DNA of 64,000 nucleotides from NCBI GenBank assembly GCA_963707025.1, contig CAVPOM010000018.1:688681-752680 (forward strand), given 5' to 3'. The number at the start of each line of letters is the position of its first letter. Positions within the stretch are counted from its first letter, which is position 1. Shown here piece by piece: positions 9,484 through 20,135 of the stretch. This DNA comes from an uncultured Verrucomicrobiae bacterium (GTDB lineage: Bacteria; Verrucomicrobiota; Verrucomicrobiia; Limisphaerales; Palsa-1400). The notes beneath the pieces were generated by a model. That model was not told the DNA's origin and did no database searches. It saw only the letters and a program-made list of their open reading frames with translations. A program made the translations under genes and the position numbers.

Positions 9484-9713
9484 GCTTGCAAAGGGTAGGC
9501 TGTAACGAAGCGTGGCGCAAGCTCGCCGTTTTCGAGAAGCCAGACCGCGCGCACATGGGGTTCCCGCCCCGAAGGGGTCATCAGCCTGCCTTCGATGACG
9601 TAAGTGATGCCGTCCGCGTCTTGCAATGTGTCAGCCACAGGATTGGCTTTCGCGTGTCCACGCAATGCGCCTTCCAATACCTGCCATTGCTCGCGATGAA
9701 AGCCGAACCTTTT
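9480..9713 (-). pseudogene. 5'-truncated DUF6883-like protein
   Basis: YVIEGRLMTPSGR...VRAVW...PRFVTAYP C-terminus coupled to DUF4926; in-frame TGA upstream, N-terminus missing. Confidence 0.6.
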
Positions 9714-9899
9714 TCATTCCAAGTCTGGCCAATCAGTAAATACGAATTCCGTTGCATCCCTTTTTGTATCCCTGCCCGCGTTTATGCTGCAAAAAAACCG
9801 CCAGTCGGAGCAAAAGACGAAAGCGTATAAACCATTGAATTTACGAGGGAAATCAGTGGCAGCACCGCAGAGCAAAACCCGGCAAAAAATGCGTCTTTG

Positions 9900-9998
9900 G
9901 ATTTTGATTTCATTCGCCGGCGGCTGGAACTCCGCGGCGGCGGTGGCAGAAAGGAGATTAGGATTAAGATTAGGAAAGGAGGCGGCAGGTTGCGCTTC
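9900..9998. repeat. Direct repeat copy 2 (degenerate vapC tail + GATTAR hexamer run)
   Basis: Matches 9017-9127. Confidence 0.85.
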
Positions 9999-10079
9999 CT
10001 CACCCAGGCGCGCGCGAAGACAGGAAAACTTTTTGCGCCTTTGCACCCTTGCGACTTTGCGTTATCAATTCCTTGAGAC

Positions 10080-11345
10080 ATGCAGATCGAACTGATCAAT
10101 ACGGGCGCGGAACTGCTGGTCGGGCGCGTCCTCAACACCCACCAGCAATGGCTTTGCCGCCAGTTGACCGACTTGGGCTACGAGGTCTCGCGCCAAGTTT
10201 GTGTGCCCAACGATGTCCGGCAAATCCAGGACGCCCTGCAGGAGTCGCTCGCGCGGGCGGATCTGATCATCACCACCGGGGGTTTGGGCCCCACCAGCGA
10301 CGACCTGACCCGGGATGTGGTCGCGCAAGTGCTCCGCCGAAAACTTGTCCCGCACAAGGCCACCCTCGCCGCGATCGAACAATTCTTCGCCGCGCGCCAC
10401 CGGCCGATGCCGGCCAATGTGCAAGTCCAGGCCATGATTCCCGCAGGCGCAACTGTTCTGCCCAATCCCAACGGCACGGCGCCCGGGCTGGCCTTGGAGA
10501 CCATCCCCGGCAAACAGTGCCTCATTGTTCTGCCCGGCCCGCCGCGCGAATTGCGGCCCATGTTCCTGCGTTCCGTCGTTCCACTGTTGCGCCGGAAATT
10601 TCCCGCCCCCTCCAAATTCTTATGCCGCACCATCAAAACCACCGGCTTGGGCGAATCGGTCGTCGAAGAAAAGATTGCCGTGGCGTTACAACCGCTGGTC
10701 CGCAACGGTCTGCAACTGGCCTATTGCGCCCGCGTCGGCGAAGTGGATGTGCGGCTGGCTGCGCGCGGCGATAAAGCCGGCGCTCTCCTGGCCGAAGGCA
10801 CGCGCCGGGTCAGGAAAATGCTGGGCCGGGTGATTTTCGGGAAAGACGACGACTCGCTGGAATCGGTGCTGGTTGACCTCCTGACCCGCCGCAAGAAGAC
10901 GCTGGCCGTTGCCGAATCCTGCACGGGCGGCTACCTCGCCCATCGCCTGACCAATGTTCCCGGATCCAGCGCGGTCTTTCTTGGCGGCGTGGTTGCCTAC
11001 AGCAACCAGGTCAAACAAGACGTGTTGGGAGTCCGAGCGGAGACCTTGCGCGAGCATGGGGTGGTGAGCGAAGCAGTGGCGCGGGAAATGGCCGAGGGGG
11101 CGCGCCGACTCTTCCGGGCCGACTACGCGCTGGCGGTGACCGGCATAGCGGGGCCAGGCGGCGGCACGCCGGATAAGCCGGTCGGCACCGCCTACATCGC
11201 ATTGTCCGAGAAAAAGGGAACGACTGTCCAAAATCAGTACAGTCCGGTGGATCGTAAGACATTTAAATTCGCCATTTCCCAGCGCGCGCTGGATCTCCTG
11301 CGCCAAGCGTTGCCCGGAAGGGTTGACCGCGCCATGAGGCCATAA
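10080..11345 (+). CDS. cinA: Competence/damage-inducible protein A (MoCF-like domain + NMN deamidase)
   Basis: TTGGLGPTSDDLT, GTAPG, AVAESCTGG, TGIAGPGGGT motifs. Confidence 0.93.
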   Translation: MQIELINTGAELLVGRVLNTHQQWLCRQLTDLGYEVSRQVCVPNDVRQIQDALQESLARADLIITTGGLGPTSDDLTRDVVAQVLRRKLVPHKATLAAIEQFFAARHRPMPANVQVQAMIPAGATVLPNPNGTAPGLALETIPGKQCLIVLPGPPRELRPMFLRSVVPLLRRKFPAPSKFLCRTIKTTGLGESVVEEKIAVALQPLVRNGLQLAYCARVGEVDVRLAARGDKAGALLAEGTRRVRKMLGRVIFGKDDDSLESVLVDLLTRRKKTLAVAESCTGGYLAHRLTNVPGSSAVFLGGVVAYSNQVKQDVLGVRAETLREHGVVSEAVAREMAEGARRLFRADYALAVTGIAGPGGGTPDKPVGTAYIALSEKKGTTVQNQYSPVDRKTFKFAISQRALDLLRQALPGRVDRAMRP

Positions 11346-11681
11346 AGCCCATATAATGGCGCCTCCATCCTGGCAAAAGGGTTCTGCACAAGGCACAAGT
11401 TGCTCTGCCAGTGGGACATGGGACTATTGTCCGCCCTGGCTGCGGGCGGCCGCCGGCACTTTTGCGGACGAGTTCAGCGTGGTGCCAGCCGGTTTGGCCG
11501 GACGCTTTGGGATTTGGGGTGTGTTGGATTGTGAGGAAGCTTGCATGAGGGGTTGCTATTGGCATGGGGGGTGCTAAATTGAGAGTTGCGGTTGCAAAAG
11601 GCAATCAGTGAGCATGATTGTATTCATCTAAAACCCGCCTTTTGCATTGTTCACGCCGCATCAGAAAGGGTCCTAATAACT

Positions 11682-12059
11682 ATGCAAAATAAGACAAGCC
11701 GCAAGGCAGGGTTCACGCTGGTTGAGATCATGATCGTTGTCGCCATTATCGGCCTGTTGGCTGCCATCGCGATTCCGAACTTCGTTCGCGCCCGCACCAC
11801 CTCGCAGACCAACGCCTGCATCAGCAACCTCCGTATCATTGACGGAGCCAAGGGCCAGTGGGCCTTGGAAGTACACAAGCAAAACACCGATACACCTGCC
11901 GGCACGGATATTCAGCCCTACATGGGCCGTGGATCCGCCGGTGAACTGCCCGTTTGCCCGAATGACTCGGCGCAAACCTTTGCCACCAGCTACAGCGCCA
12001 ACAGTGTTGGCGTCAAACCGACCTGCAACATCGTGCCGGCTACACACAGTCTGCCGTAA
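11682..12059 (+). CDS. Type IV pilin-like protein (prepilin N-methylation signal)
   Basis: GFTLVEIMIVVAIIGLLAAIAIPNF. Confidence 0.88.
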   Translation: MQNKTSRKAGFTLVEIMIVVAIIGLLAAIAIPNFVRARTTSQTNACISNLRIIDGAKGQWALEVHKQNTDTPAGTDIQPYMGRGSAGELPVCPNDSAQTFATSYSANSVGVKPTCNIVPATHSLP

Positions 12060-12099
12060 GGCAACTCTTCAGTCTTGATCGCTGAGATCGAGACGCTGC

Positions 12100-12134
12100 A
12101 AAAGGTCCGGGAGAAATCCCGGACCTTTTTCTTT
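12100..12134 (+). terminator. Rho-independent terminator
   Basis: AAAAGGTCCGGGA-GAAA-TCCCGGACCTTTT hairpin with U-tract after the pilin gene. Confidence 0.8.
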
Positions 12135-12199
12135 GGCCCGCCCCCGCCCGGGCCAAGGCGGGTCGCTGGTGCCGCCAACCGCTCCGCAAAACGGGCGTC

Positions 12200-12424
12200 C
12201 ACGATTGCAGCGGCGGTCCATGACCGCCGCAGATTGGGGATGAACGCAATTTGGCGAGGAATAATAATGCGGGGGTCATAGACCGCCGCCGCCTGGGTGG
12301 GCGCCGGAAAGGGGATTGCCATCCCTGCCACTCGCGAACATTTCTTGGGAAAAAGTCGCGGCTCAACGGAGTCTCCCCCTGCCGTCGTGCGGCGGGTCCC
12401 GATAATTCGGGACCCGCCCTACCG
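12200..12424. repeat. Mosaic of REP-like palindromes
   Basis: GCGGCGGTC-n-GACCGCCGC units, partial family A element, and GGCGGGTCCCGATAATTCGGGACCCGCC (related copy at ~61405-61440). Confidence 0.7.
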
Positions 12425-12480
12425 TCCAAAACTGCAATATCGTCATTTGACTTTTTGCGCAGGAAGGCGAATATATTCGG

Positions 12481-13029
12481 ATGAAAGTTGTCTTATCCTT
12501 GCTCTGTGTCCTGCTGGCCGCCCAGATGGCGGGCGCGGCCGACATTCAGGACATCAAACTCAACGACATAAACGACAAGCCCACCTCGCTGAAGGCTTAC
12601 GCCGGCAAAGTCGTCCTGCTGGTCAACGTCGCCTCCCTCTGCGGCAACACCCCGCAGTACAAGGGCCTGGAGGCCATGTACGAAAAATATAAGGACAAGG
12701 GATTGGTTGTGGTGGGCGTGCCTTGCAACGATTTCAGAGCGCAGGAGCCGGGAACGGCCGCGGAAATTGTCAAATTCTGCACGGACAATTACCACGTCAC
12801 GTTCCCGCTCATGGCGAAAATCCATGTCAAAGGGGCCGAACAACATCCCCTGTATGCCGCCCTGACCAAAGACCCCGCGATCCCCGGCGCCAAGGGCGAC
12901 ATAGATTGGAACTTCGCCAAATTCGTGATTGGCCGCGATGGCAAACCGATCAAGCGTTTCGCCAGCAGAGTGCAGCCCGAGAACGCGGACCTGGTGCAAA
13001 CGGTGGAAACGGCGCTGGCGGCCAAGTGA
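12481..13029 (+). CDS. Glutathione peroxidase family protein (Cys type) with signal peptide
   Basis: VNVASLCGNTPQY, PCNDF..QEPG, WNFAKF motifs. Confidence 0.92.
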   Translation: MKVVLSLLCVLLAAQMAGAADIQDIKLNDINDKPTSLKAYAGKVVLLVNVASLCGNTPQYKGLEAMYEKYKDKGLVVVGVPCNDFRAQEPGTAAEIVKFCTDNYHVTFPLMAKIHVKGAEQHPLYAALTKDPAIPGAKGDIDWNFAKFVIGRDGKPIKRFASRVQPENADLVQTVETALAAK

Positions 13030-13143
13030 AAGCGGGATCATGCCAGGGCCAGGCACCACCGGGGCAATGGCCCCGGGCGGGGGGAATTTTCGTCCGCCAG
13101 GAATAAAGCTTGAGCGGAAGCCAAAAAAAACTAAGCTAACCCC

Positions 13144-13446
13144 ATGTCTAAGGTTAAACACATTGTCCTGTTCAAGTTCAAAGAGGGAACGACCGAAGAA
13201 CAAACCAACAAGTTCTTCGAGGAGGTTCTGGATTTGTCGGAATCAGTGCCGGGCATAGACGACTACGTCTCCGGCGCCTGCTGCAGCGCGGAGGGCCGCA
13301 ACCAGGGGCTGACGCACGGGTTCATCATGACCTTTGCCGACGCCGCCGCGCGCGACGCCTACCTGGTGCATCCGGAACACGAACGCTTCAAGACCGGCGC
13401 GCTCCCCCTGTTGGAGAACATCCTCATCTTCGATTTTGAGGTGTAA
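13144..13446 (+). CDS. Dabb / stress-responsive A/B barrel protein
   Basis: VKHIVLFKFK, THGFIMTF, AYLVHPEH. Confidence 0.88.
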   Translation: MSKVKHIVLFKFKEGTTEEQTNKFFEEVLDLSESVPGIDDYVSGACCSAEGRNQGLTHGFIMTFADAAARDAYLVHPEHERFKTGALPLLENILIFDFEV

Positions 13447-13449
13447 TTA

Positions 13450-15270
13450 GTGAGGCGACGCACCCACCACTGCAACCAATTGCGTTGCGCTGACGCCGGG
13501 CAATCCGTCGTCCTGTCCGGCTGGGTTCATTCCCGGCGCGACCTGGGCGGGGTGATCTTTATTGATGTCCGCGACCGGGAAGGCCGCACCCAGACGGTGT
13601 TTGATCCGTCGGATTTGCCCAAGGAACTGTTTGAGCGCGCCGCCTCCTTGCGCAGCGAATGCGTCGTCACCATCTCCGGCAAGGTCCGCGCACGCCCCGC
13701 GGGCACGAACAATTCCAAAATCCCGACGGGCGAAATCGAAGTCGCCGCCAAGGACCTTGAAGTGCTGAACATGGCGGAGGTTCTGCCTTTTCCAGTGGAC
13801 GACCCGGAAATCGCCCGCTCGGTCAACGAAGAGCTGCGGCTGCAATATCGCTACCTGGACCTGCGCCGGCCGGAAATGGCGCGCCACCTGCGTCTGCGCA
13901 GCCAGGTGGCCGCGGCCACACGGGCGTATATGGACGGGCAGGGCTTCATCGAGGTGGAGACGCCCATTCTTTTCAAATCCACGCCCGAGGGCGCGCGGGA
14001 ATTTCTGGTGCCCAACCGGCGCGAGCCGGGCACTTTTTACGCCCTGCCGCAATCGCCGCAGCAATTCAAACAAATGCTCATGGTGGCCGGCGTGGAAAAG
14101 TATTACCAAATCGCCCGCTGCTTCCGCGACGAGGATCAGCGGGCGGACCGGCAACTGGAATTCACCCAACTGGACCTGGAGATGAGCTTCATCGAGCGTG
14201 AGGACATTTATGCGCTGATCGAAGGGCTGCTGGTGCGCATCTGGAAACTGGCGCTGAACATCGAGGTGCCGGCGCCCTTCCCGCGCCTGACCTTTCAGGA
14301 AGCGCTCAACCGCTATGGCAGCGACAAGCCGGACACCCGCTTCGGCCTGGAGCTGGGCGATTTCACGGAGGAATTTCGGGCCAGCACCTTCAAGGTTTTC
14401 AGCGGCGCCATTTCCGCCGGCGGGGTGGTCAAGGCCCTCAACGCCAAGGGCCTGGCCGGGGTCACGCAGGGGCAGATCGAAACCATGACCGAGTATGCCA
14501 AAAGCTTCGGCGCGCGCGGCCTGGCCTATATCAAGGTGGAAAAAGGCGAATGGAAATCGCCCATCGTCAAGTTCTTCAACGCCGCCGAAAAAGCGGCGCT
14601 GGCGGAGAAATTGAAAATCGAGGAAGGCGACCTGATTCTATTCGCCGCCGACCAATGGCTCAACGCCTGCGAAATCCTGGGCAAAATCCGCCTTTATTGC
14701 GCCGAAGTCCTCAAGGGCCAGGGCAAGCTGGCCATTGCCGGCGACCAGTTCCATTTCCTTTGGGTCATCGAGTTTCCGCTGCTCGGTTTTGACCGCGAAC
14801 AAAACCGCTGGTATTCCAGCCATCATCCCTTCACCGCGCCGGTCACCGCGGACATCCCGCTGCTGGGGAGCGACCCGAAAAAGGTGCGCGGCCAGCACTA
14901 CGACATCGTGGTCAACGGCACGGAACTGGGCGGCGGCTCCATCCGCATCCACCAGCCGGAAGTGCAGAAACTGATCTTCGAGCAACTGCTGCAAATCCCG
15001 CCCAACGTGGTCAAAGCCCGCTTCGGCTACATGCTGGAGGCCTTCAAATACGGCGCCCCGCCCCACGGCGGCATTGCGCTGGGCTTCGACCGCATGGTGG
15101 CCATGCTGTGCGGCGTCTCCAGCATCCGCAACGTCATCGCCTTCCCCAAGACGGCCAAAGGCACCGACCTGATGACTGACGCGCCCGCGCGGGTGGAAGA
15201 AAAACAACTGCGGGAACTGCACCTCGAACTCAGAGCGGCCAGGAAAGAAAGCCCCGAGCCACCCCGCTGA
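13450..15270 (+). CDS. aspS: Aspartate--tRNA ligase
   Basis: RRDLGGVIFID, STPEGAREF, LPQSPQ, CFRDED, GAPPHGGIALGFDR. Confidence 0.97.
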   Translation: MRRRTHHCNQLRCADAGQSVVLSGWVHSRRDLGGVIFIDVRDREGRTQTVFDPSDLPKELFERAASLRSECVVTISGKVRARPAGTNNSKIPTGEIEVAAKDLEVLNMAEVLPFPVDDPEIARSVNEELRLQYRYLDLRRPEMARHLRLRSQVAAATRAYMDGQGFIEVETPILFKSTPEGAREFLVPNRREPGTFYALPQSPQQFKQMLMVAGVEKYYQIARCFRDEDQRADRQLEFTQLDLEMSFIEREDIYALIEGLLVRIWKLALNIEVPAPFPRLTFQEALNRYGSDKPDTRFGLELGDFTEEFRASTFKVFSGAISAGGVVKALNAKGLAGVTQGQIETMTEYAKSFGARGLAYIKVEKGEWKSPIVKFFNAAEKAALAEKLKIEEGDLILFAADQWLNACEILGKIRLYCAEVLKGQGKLAIAGDQFHFLWVIEFPLLGFDREQNRWYSSHHPFTAPVTADIPLLGSDPKKVRGQHYDIVVNGTELGGGSIRIHQPEVQKLIFEQLLQIPPNVVKARFGYMLEAFKYGAPPHGGIALGFDRMVAMLCGVSSIRNVIAFPKTAKGTDLMTDAPARVEEKQLRELHLELRAARKESPEPPR

Positions 15271-15337
15271 ATATTACAGTGTCGCTACCGCCTCAGTGAC
15301 GGCGGGAAAACGGGCCATGACTTTTGCAAGGCGTCAG

Positions 15338-15430
15338 TGACGGTAGGGCGAGACTCCGTTGAGCCGAAACTCGATTTCTTGGGAAGAAGTCACGGCTCGA
15401 ACGGAGTCTCGCCCTGCCAGCCATGACTGA
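15338..15430. repeat. REP/MITE-like palindromic element (family A, inverted relative to 3270)
   Basis: GGTAGGGCGAGACTCCGTT...AACGGAGTCTCGCCCTGCCAGCCATGACT. Confidence 0.85.
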
Positions 15431-15509
15431 CCCATTGCCAATATCCCCGAATTTGGCTGGATTTTTCCGGGGCACCAGCGTATATTGTAAATTCATAAAG
15501 GAATTCGCG

Positions 15510-16403
15510 GTGAAGAATTGCGCAACCAGTTTTGATTCGGGATTGTTGCGCCGTCCGGCGGCGCGGCGGGGGGTGGCATTCACCTTGATCGAATTGCTGG
15601 TGGTCATCGCCGTGATTGCGATTCTGGCGGGCTTGTTGCTGCCGGCTCTGAGCCGGGCCAAGGATTCGGCGCGAAACATCAACTGCGAGAGCAATCTGAA
15701 GCAATTGCAGCTTTGCTGGCACCTCTACGCGGACGATTATGCGGGTGTTTTCGTGCCCAACGACTGGATTGATTTCGAGGGCATGTCCACCAACGGACCC
15801 ACCAGCCAGGACTACGTGAGCAATTCCTGGTGCCCCGGCGACGCCCGATTGGACACCACCACCAGCAACCTCCAGCAAGGGCTGCTGTTCCCCTACAACA
15901 CCTCCACGGCGATTTATCATTGTCCTGCCGATGTCTCGACCATCGAGGATGGCAACGGGAACCCGCTGCCACAGCTTCGCAACCGCAGTTACAACATGAG
16001 CCAGTCGGTCAATGGCTATCCGCTGTTGGTTGACCCACAGACCGGCTATGCGGTGGACGCCTGGCAACCCTGTTTTGCGAAGTTCTCCGTCATCACCAAT
16101 CCACCGCCCACCCAGCTCTTCGTATTCATAGACGAGAACGAGATAACCTTGGAAGACCCCCAGTTTGGGTACCCGCCGCCGGGCTACGGGCCGGAGTGGT
16201 GGGACATGCCCGCCAACCGCCACAACCAGGGGGCCAACTTGTCCTTCGCCGACGGACACGTCGAGCACTGGCATTGGCAGTCGCCCATGACGGCGACTTA
16301 CCCTCCCGGCTATGCGCAACCTGTTCCGTCCGCGCAAATGCCCGGTTACACGCGGGTGGGAAATGCCATGCGGCAAAAGGCCTTCGACGGCCTGGCAGAT
16401 TGA
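15510..16403 (+). CDS. Prepilin-type N-methylation / H-X9-DG domain protein (DUF1559-like)
   Basis: [39 protein letters not shown]; start uncertain. Confidence 0.88.
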   Translation: MKNCATSFDSGLLRRPAARRGVAFTLIELLVVIAVIAILAGLLLPALSRAKDSARNINCESNLKQLQLCWHLYADDYAGVFVPNDWIDFEGMSTNGPTSQDYVSNSWCPGDARLDTTTSNLQQGLLFPYNTSTAIYHCPADVSTIEDGNGNPLPQLRNRSYNMSQSVNGYPLLVDPQTGYAVDAWQPCFAKFSVITNPPPTQLFVFIDENEITLEDPQFGYPPPGYGPEWWDMPANRHNQGANLSFADGHVEHWHWQSPMTATYPPGYAQPVPSAQMPGYTRVGNAMRQKAFDGLAD

Positions 16404-16572
16404 CGGGGCCGGCCGAGGCAGCATCCTCGCACGACCGTCGCGCGGCGGACATGCGCCGCCGCCAAGGCCAAGGCGCACGGGGAGGGACGGCCCGCCCTGC
16501 CACCCAAGACTGACGCAGCGCGCACTTCTGGCTTGCGCTCCGGCCTGCCGGTGGTATTTGTTGGCGGCTTTT

Positions 16573-17745
16573 ATGAACTACAAGATTTCCATTCGCGCCG
16601 CGGCCCTGACCCCCTCCATCACCCTGGCCGTGGATGCCAAGGCCAAACAAATGAAGGCGGAGGGCGTGGATGTGGTGGGCTTCGGCGCCGGCGAACCGGA
16701 TTTCGCCACGCCGCGACATATTGTCGAAGCGGCCATCAAGGCGTTGAACGACGGCTTCACCAAATACACCCCCAGCAGCGGCATCCCGGAATTGCGGCAG
16801 GCGGCGGCGGACAAATTCAAGCGCGACAACGGGCTGGTTTACAAGCCGTCGCAAATCATCATTTCGTGCGGCGGCAAGCATTCCTGCTGCAATGTCATCC
16901 TGGCCCTGTGCAATCCGGGCGACGAAGTGATCATCCCCGCGCCGTATTGGCTGAGTTATCCGGAAATGGTGCGGCTGGCCCAAGGCACGCCCGTCATCCT
17001 CCCCACCAGCGACGAGACGGAATTCAAAATCACGCCGCAGCAATTGCGCCGGGCGCTGACGCCGCGGACGCGGCTGTTCATCTTGAACTCGCCCAGCAAC
17101 CCGACCGGCTCGCTTTACACGCGGGAGGAAATCCAGGCGCTGGGGGATGTCTGCGTGGAGAACGACGTGCTCATCATGAGCGACGAGATTTACGAAAAGC
17201 TCGTTTATGACGGGGCCGAGCATGTGAGCGTGGCCGGTTTTTCGCCGCGGCATTATGAACACACCATCCTGGTGCATGGGCTGGCCAAGGCCTATTCGAT
17301 GACCGGCTGGCGGATCGGCATGACGGCGGCGCCCGAACCGATTGCCAAGGCGATTGACGCCATTCAGAGCCACAGCACCAGCAATCCGACTTCCTTCGCG
17401 CAGAAGGGGGCGGTGGCGGCCTTGAACGGCCCGCAGGACCATCTGCCGGTCTGGCTGGCGGAGTTTGCGCGCCGCCGGGCTTACGCCTGGAACAAGCTCA
17501 ACAGCATTCCCCGCATTTCCTGCGTCAACGCCAAGGGCGCCTTCTATCTTTTTCCGAACATTTCCGGGCTGGGCCTCAAATCCATGGAGTTCTGCGCCAA
17601 ACTGCTGGAGCAGGAAAAAGTGGCGGTCGTGCCGGGGATTGCTTTTGGCGCGGACGACTATGTGCGCATCAGCTACGCGACGAGCATGGAGAATTTGGAG
17701 AAGGGCCTGGACCGCATCGAAAAATTCGCCCGCTCCCTGTTGTAG
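16573..17745 (+). CDS. PLP-dependent class I aminotransferase (aspartate aminotransferase-like)
   Basis: GAGEPDF, NSPSNPTG, SDEIY, AKAYSMTGWRIG. Confidence 0.93.
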   Translation: MNYKISIRAAALTPSITLAVDAKAKQMKAEGVDVVGFGAGEPDFATPRHIVEAAIKALNDGFTKYTPSSGIPELRQAAADKFKRDNGLVYKPSQIIISCGGKHSCCNVILALCNPGDEVIIPAPYWLSYPEMVRLAQGTPVILPTSDETEFKITPQQLRRALTPRTRLFILNSPSNPTGSLYTREEIQALGDVCVENDVLIMSDEIYEKLVYDGAEHVSVAGFSPRHYEHTILVHGLAKAYSMTGWRIGMTAAPEPIAKAIDAIQSHSTSNPTSFAQKGAVAALNGPQDHLPVWLAEFARRRAYAWNKLNSIPRISCVNAKGAFYLFPNISGLGLKSMEFCAKLLEQEKVAVVPGIAFGADDYVRISYATSMENLEKGLDRIEKFARSLL

Positions 17746-18030
17746 CGGCGGTCTGTGACCGCCGCCGGAATGGTTTGCCGCCGCTTTGTTCCCGGCATTC
17801 TCCTTCGACAAGCTTTCCTCCTTCGCAGGTCTTTCCACCTTCCCCGGGCCTGCGCCGGACACGACGGCGGACGGGAATTGGGTCCAATGCGAATGCGGGA
17901 GCAAGCTCCCGCACTCCAAATTAGAGCGATGTGCTTGAGAAGTGACCGAACAGGCGGGCCGGTTTCGGTGGAAAGATGCCGGCGGCCGGTCGCCGACGGA
18001 GGCGCTCCAGACGACCGCGCTCCCCGAAAC
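17740..18030. repeat. Cluster of REP-like palindromes
   Basis: GTAGCGGCGGTCTGTGACCGCCGC directly at the stop codon; TGCGGGAGCAAGCTCCCGCA at ~17894; further hairpins ~17985-18025. Confidence 0.7.
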
Positions 18031-18114
18031 TTGGCTCATGCTTCGGGGCGTTCCGGGTTGGGCGGCTGGCGGCTGGCGGGGGTGGGCGTAAAATGGTTTT
18101 GAAGTGGGCCGGCG

Positions 18115-19758
18115 TTGGCGCACTATTCCCATCTGAAAAAATCTTCGGCCAACCGCGTTTCCGTGGTCCGCCTGGCGCTGGCGGCCGGCGGCGGGCTTTT
18201 GTTGAGCGCGGCCTTTCCCGGGCTTGGTCTGGCGGGAGCGGCGTGGGTTGGGCCTGGGTTGATTCTGTTCAGCGGGCTGGGCTGCGGCGGCGGGCAGGCT
18301 TTCCGGCTGGGGTTCGCGGGCGGGTTGGCGCATTATCTCAGTTCGCTCTATTGGCTGCTGGCCATGCCCTACACCTATCATGGCATTCCCATCGGTCCGG
18401 CCTTCGCCTGGTTTGTCTTGAGCGCGTATTGCGCGCTTTTTCCGGCGCTCTGGGTCTGGCTGTGCTGGAGAATCTGGCCGTCTGCGCCCGCCCCGGCTCT
18501 TCCGGCGCGCGCCGCGCTGGATCAGTTCTTTTCCGCCGGGGTTTTGCAGCGCGGGCTTTGGGCGTTTAACGCCGCGTTGCTCTGGGTGGCGCTGGAAATG
18601 GCGCGCGGGCGGTTGTTCACCGGTTTTCCCTGGAATTTTTTGGGCGTTTCGCAATACAAAATGCTGCCGTTGATCCAAATGGCGGCGGTGACGGGAGTGT
18701 ATGGAGTTTCATTCCTGGTGGTTTGGATGTCGGTGGCGCTGGTCATGAGCCTGGTTTCGCTGACGCAGCGGCCGGGGCGCGGGGTGTGGAGTGAAGCGGG
18801 CGTGCCGCTTTTGACGGTGGTGGTGGTGGCGAGTTTCGGGGTGAACCGGGTGGGGAAAATTCTGCCGCCTGGGAAGGAATTGCAGGCCGCTTTGGTGCAG
18901 CCGGCCTTTGCCCAGACCATGATCTGGAAAGAGGAGGAGGATGAGGCGCGGCTGAACCAGGTGATGGCGCTGTCCGAGCAGGCGCTGGCCGGGCAGGCGA
19001 GCCTGTTGATCTGGCCGGAAGGGGCGTTGTCCAGCCTGACCCCGGAGCACCTGGCCGCTCTGGCCAGGCTGACGATCCGGCATGGCATCTGGCTGCTGGC
19101 CACGGCCGACCTGGGCGAGAATTCGGCGGGGGGCGCGACGGAGTACTTCAACAGCGCCATACTGATCAACCCGCAGGGCGCGCTGCAAGCCGTTTATCAC
19201 AAGCGGCGGCTGGTGATTTTTGGGGAATATGTTCCCTGGTGGCTGGCGTTTATGAAATGGGTCACGCCCATTGATGGCTCCTTCACCCCGGGTAAGGAGC
19301 CGGTCCAATTCGTCGTGAAGAATCCTGACGCCTGCTTTTCCGCGCTGATCTGTTTTGAGGACGCCTTTGCGCGGGAGGCGCGCGAACATGTCACGCCCGA
19401 AACCGATTTTCTGGTGAACCTGACCAACGATGGCTGGTTTGGCAAGGGGCCGGCCGCCTGGCAACAGGCCGCCGCCGCGGTTTTTCGCGCGGTGGAAAAT
19501 GGCGTGCCCCTGGTGCGCTGCACCAACGACGGCGTGACTTGCTGGATTGACGCCCAGGGGCGGCTGCGGGAAATTTTCTCGGTGGCGGGCCAGGTTGACG
19601 AGGCGGGTTTTTTGACGGCGAGAATTCCCTTGCGCCCGAGCGGCGAACGGGGGCGGACGTTTTACAATTTGCACGGGGACTGGTTTGGCTGGAGTTGCTG
19701 CGGGATGGGCCTCTGTTTGTGTGTGGCAACCTTCCGGTCGCGGCGCACTGTGTCCTGA
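18115..19758 (+). CDS. lnt: Apolipoprotein N-acyltransferase
   Basis: Multiple TM segments, TGFPWN, IWPEG, YHKRRLVIFGEYVP, ICFED, LTNDGWF. Confidence 0.93.
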   Translation: MAHYSHLKKSSANRVSVVRLALAAGGGLLLSAAFPGLGLAGAAWVGPGLILFSGLGCGGGQAFRLGFAGGLAHYLSSLYWLLAMPYTYHGIPIGPAFAWFVLSAYCALFPALWVWLCWRIWPSAPAPALPARAALDQFFSAGVLQRGLWAFNAALLWVALEMARGRLFTGFPWNFLGVSQYKMLPLIQMAAVTGVYGVSFLVVWMSVALVMSLVSLTQRPGRGVWSEAGVPLLTVVVVASFGVNRVGKILPPGKELQAALVQPAFAQTMIWKEEEDEARLNQVMALSEQALAGQASLLIWPEGALSSLTPEHLAALARLTIRHGIWLLATADLGENSAGGATEYFNSAILINPQGALQAVYHKRRLVIFGEYVPWWLAFMKWVTPIDGSFTPGKEPVQFVVKNPDACFSALICFEDAFAREAREHVTPETDFLVNLTNDGWFGKGPAAWQQAAAAVFRAVENGVPLVRCTNDGVTCWIDAQGRLREIFSVAGQVDEAGFLTARIPLRPSGERGRTFYNLHGDWFGWSCCGMGLCLCVATFRSRRTVS

Positions 19759-20135
19759 GGCGTGTCCAGTTTTGGGGCAGCGCCTGGGGCGTAGAACCTT
19801 GGCGATGGCTTGGCCGCCCCTGAGAACCGGCCGGGTTTTGGGTCGTGCAGGGATGGCACGGCTTGTGCTTTGACATCTTTTGTGAATGCAGCACTCGATT
19901 TTCTGGCAGGGCTGGTTGGGAAGGTCTTTAGTTACGTGGCCCCGTCCATTTCGTTTGGACTTTACGCGGGCGCGGAAGCTCTTTTCCTTTACGGACTTTA
20001 CGTGATTTTTTTCGGCGCTCCGCACGTATTTCACTGACCTGCCCAATTCCAGCGTGACCACCCCTGTTCGGCGGCCCTTGCAATGGGGCGGCGACGCACC
20101 GGCGCGACCCGCCGGCCAATCCACTGTCCTCACTT

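Noticed and set aside
4575..9998. Integron cassette array
   Set aside because: No integrase and no convincing RYYYAAC...GTTRRRY attC pairs recognised by eye; not formally excluded
12481..13029. Selenocysteine glutathione peroxidase
   Set aside because: The active-site codon is TGC (Cys)
16126..18678. Long antisense ORFs (850 aa here; also 1580-3262, 24352-25965, 30938-32548, 40639-42351, 50299-52203, 54427-56259, 62306-63988)
   Set aside because: Shadow frames of recognisable genes in high-GC DNA with no protein motifs
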